Assembly: GCA_965153285.1 (NCBI GenBank)
Contig: OZ229113.1
Reading direction: 5' to 3' (one strand)
DNA length: 64,000 nucleotides
Origin: Podarcis tiliguerta
Lineage: Eukaryota
The position numbers and the translations under genes were made by a program. Below, in pieces: positions 26,925 through 38,765 of the stretch. Numbering within the stretch: position 1 is the first letter of the stretch; every line of letters begins with the position of its first letter. Under the pieces are notes generated by a model. The model was not told the DNA's origin. It did not search any database and was given only the letters and a program-made list of their open reading frames with translations.

Positions 26925-27118
26925 GAGGGGAATAAGCCGGCACGAGCGAAAGCAGCCTCTGCAAAACGCGGGGGAAGCTGCGGGCGCCTCGTCCCCGGTT
27001 CCCCTCGAGGGCCTTCCTTTCCTTAGCGCCCAAGTGTCGGACTATGCTGCTGCTGCTGCTGTTGCCGCAGAAGATTTGGCCTTGGTGGAGCAGCTGCACG
27101 AAGGCAGCCATCCAACAG
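26925..27118 (+). CDS. Putative second exon of the nested antisense transcript
   Basis: Acceptor ttcgcctcctgcag| (alternative ccttcctttccttag| at 27027) is in frame with the 25658 exon. Encodes (W)RGISRHERKQPLQNAGEAAGASSPVPLEGLPFLSAQVSDYAAAAAVAAEDLALVEQLHEGSHPT. Candidate donor CAG|gtgcag; otherwise the frame stops at 27141. Confidence 0.4.
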
Positions 27119-29231
27119 GTGCAGCTTTCCCCTGGTTGTAGAGATGTGCCTCTTGGATTTGTGCTCATGCAGCTGTTAGAGACAGGGTGGAAAATATGGC
27201 AAGTTCAAGAGGTATTCGAGGATTGATCTATGCTGCTTGCTAGGTGTGTCCTGTATTCAGGACATGGACAAAGAATAGCATTTCCTTTGGATTGCTAGGT
27301 TGCTGTCACTTTTAGAGCAGGAGTGGGGAACTGTGGGGCCCTTTGGATGTTGCTGAACCTCAACTCTCATCAGCTTCAGCTGATAGGGCCCGTGGGAACT
27401 GTAGTTCAACAGTATCTGGCAGGCCAAAGGTTCCCTATCTCTGTGTTTCCCCCCACTGAACATAGTCCCATAGACTAAGCTCCTTTATCACCACAATACC
27501 TATAGCTGCCTTTGCGTACAGACCCAAGCTTTTCATACCTTTTCACTCTGTATTAATGAAATGAGAATCACTACGGTCTCATGCACATGGGTAGCCAGGC
27601 ACGGACGGTAGATTGGAATCCTCCTCCACACACCTAAAAGAGTGTGTGGTGTAGGCTAAGCGGCACATTCATCCCTAGATGTGTGATGGCCCAAATCGAA
27701 CACAAGAAAAAAGCATGCAAAATCAGGGAGTCTTTGCATGACACACTTGTGTCACACCTATATGGTAGAGAAAGGCTGAAAATGCATGTGGCATTTTGGA
27801 TCCTGGACACTGTCCGAGCATGAATTGGGCATACCACAACCTGACTGCATGCTCACAGTCATTAAAGCCACTGAATTGGTGGCGCACACATGCAGTGTTC
27901 TCACTTGAGCACTGCAGTATCCAGTGGTGACTTGCATGGGGGAACGAGGCACCACAGGTCAAGCGTTTCTGTATCAGCTTCTCCTCCTGCAGGGATGGGG
28001 AGCATGTAGTTCTCTCTAGAGGCTGTTGAACTCTTGACTCTCATCAGCCCCAGACAACATGGGGCTGGGAGTCTGGGATGATGGAAGCTGTTGTCCACCA
28101 AAATGGGAAGAGCTGCAGTTCCCTATTCCTGTCACTAGGCTTCTCAGTGGGTTCTGCTCAAGCAAATGGTATATATGCATGCTTGAGCAAGTATTGCCTC
28201 CTTTTCCAACCCACACCCGAACAAGGCAGCAGTGTGCAGTGGTTAGAATGCTGGGTTCTAATGCCCAGTTAGCCATGAAGCTTGCTGAGTGACCTTGGGG
28301 GCCCATCACATCCTCTCAGCCTAACCCACCTCCCAGGGTTGTTGTGAAAAATTAATGGCGAGGGGGAGAATGCTTGAGCTCCTTGGAGCAACGCTGGAAT
28401 ACAGATGCAATGATACATAAATATCATGGGCAAGGGAGCACCAATTATTTAATCCACACTCACTGTGAGAACAAAAGAGGGACCTTAAAAATGTGCCTGA
28501 AATTTCCAGAAGTAAGCTTCTCATTTTCCACATTGACTAAAACATCGGAGGTCCAGGTGGCTTCAGTGCTAGGAGTGCTTTCTACCAGCTTGGGCTGAGG
28601 TGCCACCCACAGCCATTCATATAATTTAGGTACAGTGGTTCATGCCTTGGTATCCACAATACTTGATTATTTCAATGCACTTCAGTCTGCCCTTGGAGTT
28701 GATCCTGAAGCTGCAGCTGGTGCTGAATGCAGCTGCTAGATTGCTATGTGGAAAAGACTACTATTATCATGTAACACCTTTGTTCAGGGAATTGCAGTGG
28801 CTGCCAATATGCTACCAGGCCAAGCTCAATGTTTTATTTTTGGTACATGCAGTAACATCCTCTGCATCTCAAGACCAGGTAACCTGAGAGACCAGCTCTC
28901 ACTCCACACCACTGTTAGACCACAACAGTCCACAACTGCTGACAGTATCCCATGGCTATGTGGGTCAGTTGGCTTTCAGTGTCGTTGCACCGTGTGTTTT
29001 TTTAATGGTGCAATACCAAGATAGGAAAAAAACCTGATTTTTTTTCTAGCTTGGTATTGTTTTTGAATTTGTCCACAACCAGCATTTTGAATCTGCCTGA
29101 CTCTTGTTTCATTCTGATATTCTAATGCTTCTGTGATGTGTTACTTAGATGTTTTGATGTTCAGGAATCTAAACCATTTGCAAAAATAAACACATGAGTT
29201 GCCAAAAACAGCATCCCTTCTCCCTCCTCAC

Positions 29232-29375
29232 CTGTACTGGTACTGATGTTCTCAGAATCGACAGTTTGCCCTATCAAGTGATACTGGTTGAGCCTTGAAC
29301 CGTCTTCTGCTACTACCACGGATGCAGCTGGGCTGTGAGTCCACACATAGATCACTTCGGAATTGGGATAAGCAT
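29232..29375 (-). CDS. GABRA5: GABA-A receptor alpha-5, internal coding exon (144 bp, loops F/C region)
   Basis: Encodes (Y)[47 protein letters not shown]; YPNSEV and ENISTST are alpha-5 type. Acceptor ttttgccag; donor CAG|gtgagg; phase 1/1 fits both neighbours. Confidence 0.96.
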
Positions 29376-31236
29376 CTGGCAAAAAGAGCATGTGAGAAAT
29401 TGAGTCTGGAGATTAATATTCATAGACTTGAAATCTTACTCGATAAGCAGGGCTTAATTCCAAAGCTCAGCTCCAGAATCTCTTGCTAGTGTCAGGATTC
29501 AGTCCTGCACACATTTTATTCTAACATCAATGGAGACTGAGAGCTTGGTTCCCCCCCCCCTCCCCACCTAGTCCTCACACATTCTAGATCTGTTGCATAT
29601 TTTTGCTCTGAAAAAACACTTTTTGAGCAACTGGTTTCTTTCTGAAAATAAAAGCTCATTATAGGTTTATTCTAGACAGTCCCATAGTGTGTCCATTCGA
29701 AAACGGGTGAAAACAGATGTAGGCAGTCTCAGCAATGGGGGCAGTATCCGCACCTGCCCAGTGACACTGTGGGTGGATATATACCCAGATTGCAAGTACC
29801 ACCATTCACCTGAAACATGTGCAGGGAGGAAAATGTGTGGATATCCTAATTGGGGAGGGTTTCTAAATGCATACCAAGTAACTGCCCCCACCTTTGCGGA
29901 CAGCAGAATTTAGAGTCAATCAAATGAAAGCAGCTTATTAAAGACAAACATGGAAGATTCCAGGCTGAGGAAAACTACATATTTGTGCTACAAATGGGTT
30001 AGTGTGATACATCCAAAGACTGAGGATATGCAAGGTGACCAAAAGGGGATCTTGTACAGTGGCAGATAGAGAGAGAAGGTTTTCGGGCAGAGTGTTTAGA
30101 CACAAATCTCTCTCTTTATGGAAATTCAGCACCAGTTTTCAACTGTAATGGAAAATGCTCTTGCAAATGTATACCCTTTCTTATTCCTAGGCCTCGGGAA
30201 CTATCATAATGTTTCCATATTTCATTACTCATTTAGCCTGCAAGGTAGTGACTACTATATCTTATAGATGGGAAGCGGAGACTGGGAAACAGTCAATTTC
30301 ACAGAGCCATTCATCAGCGAATGGCTGTGATGAGCCTCCAAGCATTTCAAAATTCCTGCGCAGAAGGCAATTTCATTAACATTCAAATGGTGAGCAGATC
30401 AGCACATGTCTTCTCCAAATTGCACAACAGGCTGCGACTTCTGAGCTTGTGTGCACCCTATTTATATGACAAAACAGCGGTGCATGCGGTTGTCATGTGA
30501 GGTTGCCTATATGAGACTTGCACGCCTGTTACAAAATTGATTGTAATTTTTCTTTTGCTCTGAAACAGTCAATCAGTATAAGGATTCACTAAACAGGAGT
30601 GGGGGTTTCTAAAATCCGTGTAGCTTTCAATATAGCATAGGGAAATATATATGTCAAGCCTCCATGGATTGTAACCAGAGCTGGCTCCGTTTTTTGTAGG
30701 TCCCAGGCAGTAGCTCAGCCATAGAGTATTTGCTTTGAATGCAGAAGGTCTCAGGCCTCTCCAGGTAGGACTAGGAGAGACTCCTGTCTACAATCTTGGG
30801 AAGCTGCTGAGAAGGAGTAGGCACTGTTATCCCTGACCATTGACCAGGATGGTTCTCCTGAGGGTTGGAGTCCAACAATATCTGCAGGGCCACAAGTTTG
30901 GATTCTACTGTACACAATACTGACCTTGATGGACCAATGGTTTGACTCAGTATCAGGTAGCTCAATGAGTTCTATCTCCTGTAGGTTCCTACTCTGCCAT
31001 ATAATAACACAAGCATATTAGCAGGGTGGCCTCTGAAGAAAGGGACCAGGTGCCTGGGATATCATGTTCGCCCTGCCCGCTGTATGCTATTGACATGCTA
31101 ACTTGAGATCAGCAGCAGATGAGCTGCAACTAGCTTTCTGTGGGGGGAGAGCAGCTGTGGAGGGCAGGACTTCGAGCCTGGTGCTGATGGGTGGCTACTG
31201 TTGCTTCAGATCCAGCCAGGTTGGTTGGCCTGGGGA

Positions 31237-31325
31237 TTCTTCTTCTTTCTTCTTCTTCTTCATCTTCGTCTTCTTCTTCATTTTCTCCTCTTCCTCCCCC
31301 CCCTCCTCCTCCTCCTCTTCCTTCC
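31237..31325. repeat. (CTT)n/(CCT)n compound microsatellite
   Basis: Directly visible; explains the spurious poly-E/S/P/F ORFs. Confidence 0.9.
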
Positions 31326-31976
31326 ATCACTCTGGTCATGGCACCACTGCTGTGCCCACCTGAGAGTGACTGCATGACTTTCATAGCTTTATTTGAGCCT
31401 GTGCACAAGAAAGACCAAAGATGGCAAGTAGTTCCCTACAAGCAATGGTGGCCTTATTGTGCCAACCTCACTGGTGATAAGATGCCAGGCTAGCTGCTGC
31501 TACCCACCAGTCATATTCAGTAGTCCACCCACAGCCGGTACGCCTCTTGGGTTTTCTGTCTGCCTGGGGTTGCGAAGGCATAGGCATTGTCAGAATATAT
31601 GGCTGGGGGCTATATTTGGCTTAGGACAGGGTGGGAGCAAACATTGTACAGGCCTGATTTAAATGCTGGAAGGAGGATATATATCAAGAAGAGCCTTATT
31701 GAGCAAATTAGGAGAATTAATTGCTACAAGAGCTGTATAAAACTTCAAGCTGTAGGAAGGTAATTGCATCACTCCTAAATAAGCACCGCAGAATCTCTAA
31801 GGGGGAAAAATGGTGCTGCTTTCAGCCTAGGAGTTAGTGTTTCATTATGTGATTTTGAAGTATTTTAACAATGCAGCCTGTGTTATCTTGCACAATGTAA
31901 GGAAAAGAGAGGATGTTCAAACTTCATCATACTCTCTTAGCTTCCTTATGATTTTACATCCATATAACTAATAATA

Positions 31977-32332
31977 AAGGTTAAGGTAAAGGTACCCCTG
32001 CCCGTACGGGCCAGTCTTGACAGACTCTAGGGTTGTGCGCCCATCTCACTCAAGAGGCCGGGGGCCAGCGCTGTCCGAAAACACTTCCGGGTCACGTGGC
32101 CAGCGTGACATCGCTGCTCTGGCGAGCCAGAGCCGCACACGGAACGCCGTTTACCTTCCCGCTAGTAAGCGGTCCCTATTTATCTACTTGCACCCGGGGG
32201 TGCTTTCGAACTGCTTGGTTGGCAGGCGCTGGGACCGAGCAACGGGAGCGCACCCCACCGCGGGGATTCGAACCGCCGACCTTTCGATCGGCAAGCCCTA
32301 TGGCTTTTACCCACAGCGCCACCCGCGTCCCC
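31977..32332 (-). mobile_element. Sauria SINE (young, CpG-rich subfamily)
   Basis: Full length with intact CpGs; 13-bp TSD ATAACTAATAATA at 31964-31976 and 32333-32345. Confidence 0.92.
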
Positions 32333-33443
32333 ATAACTAATAATAGTATGACTGTAATTCAGGAAAACAAGTTTTTGGTACTAATTTGATATTTCTCGAA
32401 AGAGTTATTCGTACCAGCTGCAATTTTTATTTTATTTTAAAGGATATTCAAGGGACATAAAGAGGGGGTGCAATATGTAATAGCCACAATATATAACAGC
32501 CAGATCCCTTGGTTTTTGCATTCATGGTATTCTTCCCCTCCCCCACCCCACAATAATAAATAAGTGAAGTGAGCACCTTAAGGTGAAAGGATTATGGCTA
32601 TGAGGCAAAACAAGGCTATAACAATGTTCCCAAATGTCTAATTTATTAACAAATTAATGATTCCTGTTTTAAACCATTACAGTATAGGGAAACAAACATT
32701 GGGGAAGAAGAATACATAATTCCTACTCTTGTAACATGGAACACTTATTGGATGGATATGAAGTTGCCTGCAGGGAGTGGGGGAATAAGCATTTCAAATG
32801 GCAATAACATTGCCAAATTGGAACAGTATTCCAATTTGACATATTTTGGCCTGAGTACCACTACTGGTGCGATTCGCACATCCAATGTGACTTTTACAAT
32901 GCAGACTTGGCTTGCAAGAGTAGCCCCCCTCCTCAGTTTCCCTGGATCCCCAGTACTTTCTGTCCCCCTTCCTTCCTTCCTCTTGCTCATTGATGTTAAT
33001 ATTTATAGTGGAATATTTATTTTTGGATGCAACATTTGATCTGGAATGAATCTGAAAATTGATTCTGAACTGCGCGTTGACAGTGGCTGCATAATTATCT
33101 CTCTAGGGGAAGCAGCCAGAATCGGTTATTTCGGCTGCTATTGTTTTTTCCTTTGTGCGCTCTCCTGCTACGCTTGCCGACTTATTGTCACTATAAATCT
33201 CGCTTTTTAAAAGGGCCCTAATGGCTGAGCATTGAAAGAGGATGATTTTGAAGCCACATCTTTAGAAACTGAAACTATACAGGGCAGTTTTAAATAGACT
33301 GGAGCTCTTGTAAGCATGACAACAGAGCAGTGACTTCCAAAGAACAATAAAGTATGGGAGTTCAATTGGGTAGAGTCCAGCATCCAAAATCATGTTACTT
33401 TGTTGCAGGTTTAACCACAAGTGTTGGTTCTAAATAAGGTTGC

Positions 33444-33701
33444 TGTTAACTTGTGGGTGAACATATCAGACGACACAGCGATTCTTCAGTCAGCTCTTGT
33501 TTATTCACAGGCCAGAACAGAACTGAACTGAAGGGTTCAGCCAGCCTGCTTATATAGAGCTCAACTACAAAGCAACAGTAACAACTTTCTGTTACTATCC
33601 AATCACTGAACGTCACTTTCAATTCCTTATTTGCATATGTGGACCTGAGTGAAAACTATCTACAGTATCTATCTACAGGGTGAGAACTTCAGTACACAGC
33701 A
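33444..33701 (-). mobile_element. Solo LTR
   Basis: TG...CA termini; perfect 5-bp TSD GTTGC at 33439-33443 and 33702-33706. In minus-strand order: octamer 33629-33636, CCAAT 33599-33603, TATATAA 33556-33550, AATAAA 33505-33500. Confidence 0.85.
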
Positions 33702-35185
33702 GTTGCCACCTTTGGTCAGGCAAAATATGGGACAGGTCAGGGGTAGGAATTGGGGGGCCCACCAAATCCTGCCCCCTTTGTAGAGACGAGTTTCCCAAAT
33801 TTGGCTCCCAACTCCCTCACCACCCTGGCCCCACTCTTCCCCTTAACTCACATAGACAGGCAGGGGCCAAGTCCCATGGGAGACTTGAGCTACACCTCTA
33901 GCCTCTTGCCCATGCTGGTGTCAGAGGCTCGAGTATGAAGGAGGGAAGAGGAGAGGTCAGATCAGAGTGGCAGAGGGAGTCAAGTGAGAGCGGACTTGCA
34001 CAGTGTTAAATCAGTAGCTGGCAGCTGAGGAGGTCTCTCCTTTTCCCTGTTTTCTATTGTCGCTCACGCCAGGCTGGGCTCCTTGTCAGCTGCACCAACA
34101 GTGATGCAACCACCATTTTTGGCTGGCCGAACTCAAATACGGGGGGGGGGGGGAGGCGTCCTGTCTGAAGTCCAAAGGGGACAGGAGACATTTTTGTCTC
34201 AAAACAGGGCAATCCCGTTTCTTAGGGGCTGGTGTCAACCCTCATTCTTAAAAAAGCTGTAAATCAGGGCTGGGGAGGGAGGGAACTAAAGTTTGCATAC
34301 ACTTTCTACCAAATATGTAAATCTAAGTATCAAATTAAAATATAAGAGATTTATAAAAATAAATGTTATCAGGTTATTTTGTATAGTACTATGCATAATG
34401 GCTGCCCCTGTTTTTGTGGAACAGCATCCATGTTGAAATATGACAGGCACGCACTATTAATCCTAATCATAGCTGGAGTTTCCAGCGGTGATAGTAAACC
34501 CCCGTAAACCAGTGTGGCACAGTCAGTGACTGGTGATGAACAAGAGAAAGCATAGCATAGCAGACAGCTTCTGATAGTTCAGATGCATGACCAAGCTCCA
34601 GCTTCTAGAAGAAGAAGGCAAAATAAGCAAATCAATCTTATGATCTCCAGCCAAATGCTGGCTGAAGGAAAATGGTGTCGTTACACAATTATTGTATGCA
34701 GTCGGAGCCGTGAAATCAAAGCCATCTCCAAACATTGCCAGTAGTGCATTTCATTTGTGTTATGTAGGGGATAGCCACCCCACCAGCCATTCTGATGTAG
34801 ATCAATGTTTTTCACTCCCCCCCCCCCTTGTGTGCCTTAGGAGGTTTTACATTCAAAGGCACAATATAATTCTCAAATAAATAAATAAATAAGAAACGAA
34901 GATTGCTCTCACATGTGCTTACGATGGTGGCATCGTATGGTAAAAGAACGTCTATAGTCCTTGACTGTTTTCTTTGTTTACAAATTATTGGTTTGCTAGT
35001 CACCTATGAAGGGGTTCAGTTTCCCTTTCTAGAAGACAATATCTTCTGCTAGGGACAAAGTGGTGTTTGGAAAACAAATGATTGATTAGTGGATGCTGAT
35101 TCAGTTGAGTTTAGTGGGGCAGCAATCTACTTGCCCTTTCTGCCCTCAGCTAACTCTCTCTTGGCTGCCTTCTTTCTTACAGCTA

Positions 35186-35427
35186 CAGTGGTACCTCAGG
35201 TTATATACACTTCAGGTTACATACTCTTCAGGTTACAGACTCCACTAAGCCAGAAATAGTGCTTCAGGTTAAGAACTTTGCTTCAGGATGAGAACAGAAA
35301 TCGTGCTCTGGTGGCGCAGCAGCAGCAGGAAGCCCCATTAGCTAAAGTGGTGCTTCAGGTTAAGAACAGTTTCAGGTTAAGAACGGACCTCTGGAACGAA
35401 TTAAGTACTTAACCCAAGGTACCACTG
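35186..35427. mobile_element. Tc1/mariner MITE
   Basis: TIRs CAGTGGTACCT / AGGTACCACTG; TA TSD. Confidence 0.9.
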
Positions 35428-35431
35428 TACT

Positions 35432-36865
35432 TAAAATTTTAAAAGATGATGCTGTTAAGGTGCTACACTCAATATGCCAGCAAGTTTGGAAAACTCAGCA
35501 GTGGCCAGAGGATTGGAGAAGGTCAGTCTACATCCCAATCCCAAAGAAGGGCAGTGCTAAAGAATGCTCCAACTACCACACAATTGCACTCATTTCACAC
35601 GCTAGCAAGGTTATGCTTAAAATTCTTCAAGGAAGGCTCAAGCAGTATGTGGACCGAGAACTCCCAGAAGTGCAAACTGGATTTAGAAGAGGCAGAGGAA
35701 CCAGAGACCAAATTGCAAACATGCGCTGGATTATGGAGAAAGCTAGAGAGTTCCAGAAAGACATCTACTTCTGCTTCATTGATTATGCAAAAGCCTTTGA
35801 CTGTGTCGACCACAGCAAACTATGGTAAGTTCTTAAAGAAATGGGAGTGCCTGACCACCTCATCTGTCTCCTGAGAAATCTCTATGTGGGACAAGAAGCT
35901 ACAGTTAGAACTGGATATGGAACAACTGATTGGTTCAAAATTGGGAAAGGAGTACGACAAGGCTGTATTTTGTCTCCCTACTTATTTAACTTATATGCAG
36001 AATTCATCATGCGAAAGGCTGGGCTGGATGAATCCCTAGCCGGAATTAAGATTGCTGGAAGAAATATCAACAACCTCAGATATACAGATGACACAACCTT
36101 GATGGCAGAAAGTGAGGAGGAATTAAAAAACCTTTTATTGAGGGTGAAAGAGGAGAGCGCAAAATATGGTCTGAAGCTCAACATCATAAAAACGAAGATC
36201 ATGGCCACTGGTCCCATCACCTCCTGGCAAATAGAAGGGGAGGAAATGGAGGCAGTGAGAGATTTTACTTTCTTGGGCTCCATGATCACTGCAGATGGTG
36301 ACAGCAGCCACGAAATTAAGAGACGCCTGCTTCTTGGGAGGAAAGCAATGACAAACCTAGACAGCATTTTAAAAAGTAGAGACATCACCTTGCCAACAAA
36401 GGTCTGTATCGTTAAAGCTATGGTTTTCCCAGTAGTGATGTATGGAAGTGAGAGCTGGACCATAAAGAAGGCTGATCGCCAAAGAATTGACGCTTTTGAA
36501 TTATGGTGCTGGAGGAAACTCTTGAGAGTCCCATGGACTGCAAGAAGATCAAACACATCCATTCTTAAAGAAATCAGCCCTGAGTGCTCACTGGAAGGAC
36601 AGATCGTGAAGCTGAGGCTCCAATACTTTGGCCACCTCATGAGAAGAGAAGACTCCCTGGAAAAGACCCTGATGTTGGGAAAGATGGAGGGCACAAGGAG
36701 AAGGGGACGACAGAGGACAAGATGGTTAGACAGTGTTCTCGAAGCTACAAACATGAATCTGACCAAACTGTGGGTGGCAGTGGAAGACAGGAGTGCCTGG
36801 CGTGCTCTGGTCCATGGGGTCACGAAGAGTCAGACACGACTGAACGACTAAACAACAACAACAAC
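35432..36865 (+). mobile_element. BovB-type RTE LINE, 5'-truncated (reverse transcriptase domain to 3' tail)
   Basis: ORFs 35460-35828 and 35841-36851 are one frame broken by a single TAA. RT motifs FIDYAKAFD, GVRQGCILSP and LRYTDD; BovB C-terminus RRRGRQRTRWLD...TRLND; (AAC)n tail; 11-bp TSD ACCACTGTACT at 35421-35431 and 36866-36876. Confidence 0.95.
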
Positions 36866-38645
36866 ACCACTGTACTCGGGAGATGCTTCTGCCTATCATT
36901 GGCTCTGGCTCCACTTACTTTTTGTTTGTTTGTTTGTTTGTTATCCTAGCAGTCCCAATGGGCACATCTCCCCCTGTTTCTTTCAAGGGCAGCACAGTTT
37001 ATGCTACTGCAGCTTTCACACTGCTAGCGCAACAGTGTTCCTCATATCAAATACATCAAGTGTGAACAATGTACCTGCATCTTTGAACACCCATGTATGT
37101 GTACCCAGTTCAGGTCAAGTTCCCACTACACAGGTGTGTATGCAATGCATACTTTATATTGTTGTTGTTGTGGGAAACACTGGTTTACCTGCAGCGGTTG
37201 TACCTAAAAGCTGAGCTGAAACTGGGAGGGGAGAGACACATCATTATTTTTTCATCCAATGGAAAAAGTGCCTCCCCCTTTACCCAATCATTCAGGTCCC
37301 TCAACAGTGACTGAAAACATCTGCAAAGTGCATTTCTGTTGTCAAGGCCCATGCTCTCTGTCTTGCCAATGCAGCATAGCTCCCTTGGCATATGTGCGTT
37401 TCCTCCCCACACTGATTCATACCAGGGGCAAAGTGCCAGCTTCAATTGTCCATAGTGTTGTGAACACATAGCCAGATCTGAATGTTGTTATGATGCCATC
37501 ACATTCCCTGTGTGATCCCTGATTGTCTAGGATCACTCAGGGAAGAAGAGACCCCAGAGGAAAGGGGAAAGCACTAAGCAGAAACCAGAAATGGAAACCA
37601 ATGAATGCGCACCTCAGAAAAGCAGAGGGAAAAGGTACTGCTTGAGGGAAGCATTCTACAGACCCAATTGCCTCACATTCCCCATTGTATGTTTGTGGCC
37701 AAAAAATGGCACATCTCTTATCAACCATGCTAAAGATGTTCTGGGTAGAGTTGACAGCAGTTCTGTTGTTCTTGCAAGAGTGTTTGACTTCTGCCCCTAC
37801 TCCTGAAATTCCACAGCAGGATGCTCAACGTTGTGGGCTTTGGAAGTGGCAGATGCTGTGCCTTGTCACGCTAACACATCTTGAGAGCTTACTTAATTTG
37901 ATTTAAAAGCTTTATCTCTGCCCCAAGGCCGAGGGTCAGTAGCTTTCTTCTCTCTGACTATGGTCCTGCACAATACCAAAGAGGCACTAAGGCATTCAAG
38001 AAGACAAGGTTTTTAATGGCCTAAATTCTCGTCTGGGTGGAAGTAAAAGCTACTCATTATAGAATGTGGATGACTGCTAAGTAATCAGTAATGCAGCAGC
38101 AACAGCTTCTTAACATATACTGCAGTAGTAGAAGGAAATCGTTTCGAGTCTGCAGGCAAAATGCTGGGGTCACTGTTATCTCAGCATGGAGGACTTGGAA
38201 TGCATGATACTATAAAATGCTTTTCAGACAGAGGGTTAATGTAATGTTTGGAGTTTGCAAATTCCAAACACTTTGTCGTTAATAATGGAAATATTTTCAA
38301 TGTAACAAAATGATACTTTTTTAAGAGGAGTGAAAGATGGGAATTGGTATAAAACAATACAGTGTACTGTACTTTAAATTGAGAACAATATACATACGCA
38401 AAGTCAAATATTCAAGTTTTGATTTGCAGTTTTTCCCACTGTTAGTTATGTAATAATCACCGTCATTTTACTTCCTGCATCCCTCTGACCTCACTGTTAG
38501 CTGTCACTCCAAAGCCACACCTATCTCTTTAACTCAGAATTAACACTTCATGCATCTGATGATCGCAGACTTTTATGCCTTAATAACACAGATAGTTTTT
38601 AAGCTGACACAAGACACTTTTTGTCTTTGCTGCAACAGATCCACT

Positions 38646-38765
38646 AGGGCTGCCATACATCTGGAATTTTCCAGACATTGCTGGGATTCTACAAAAATAG
38701 CACCTGGGCGGAATTTTCAGAATTCAGTTTAAATGTCTGGGAAAAGTCGGGCATATGGCAGCCCA
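38646..38765. mobile_element. Short MITE with AGGGCTGCCATA termini
   Basis: Inverted termini GGGCTGCCATA / TATGGCAGCCC with internal inverted subrepeats. Superfamily not determined. Confidence 0.65.

Larger units (their letters stand above)
25450..27120. promoter_or_regulatory. Intragenic CpG island / probable promoter inside a GABRA5 intron
   Basis: Abrupt GC- and CpG-rich block, with no repeat I recognise, in an otherwise CpG-depleted window. CCAAT at 26563-26567, GC boxes at 26539-26544 and 26824-26829, CACGTG E-boxes at 26632-26637 and 26756-26761. Confidence 0.85.

Noticed and set aside
31103-31493. Low-complexity ORFs (poly-E, poly-S/P, poly-F)
   Set aside because: Translations of a CTT/CCT microsatellite.
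35978-36823. 281-aa minus-strand ORF
   Set aside because: Antisense shadow of the BovB RT frame.
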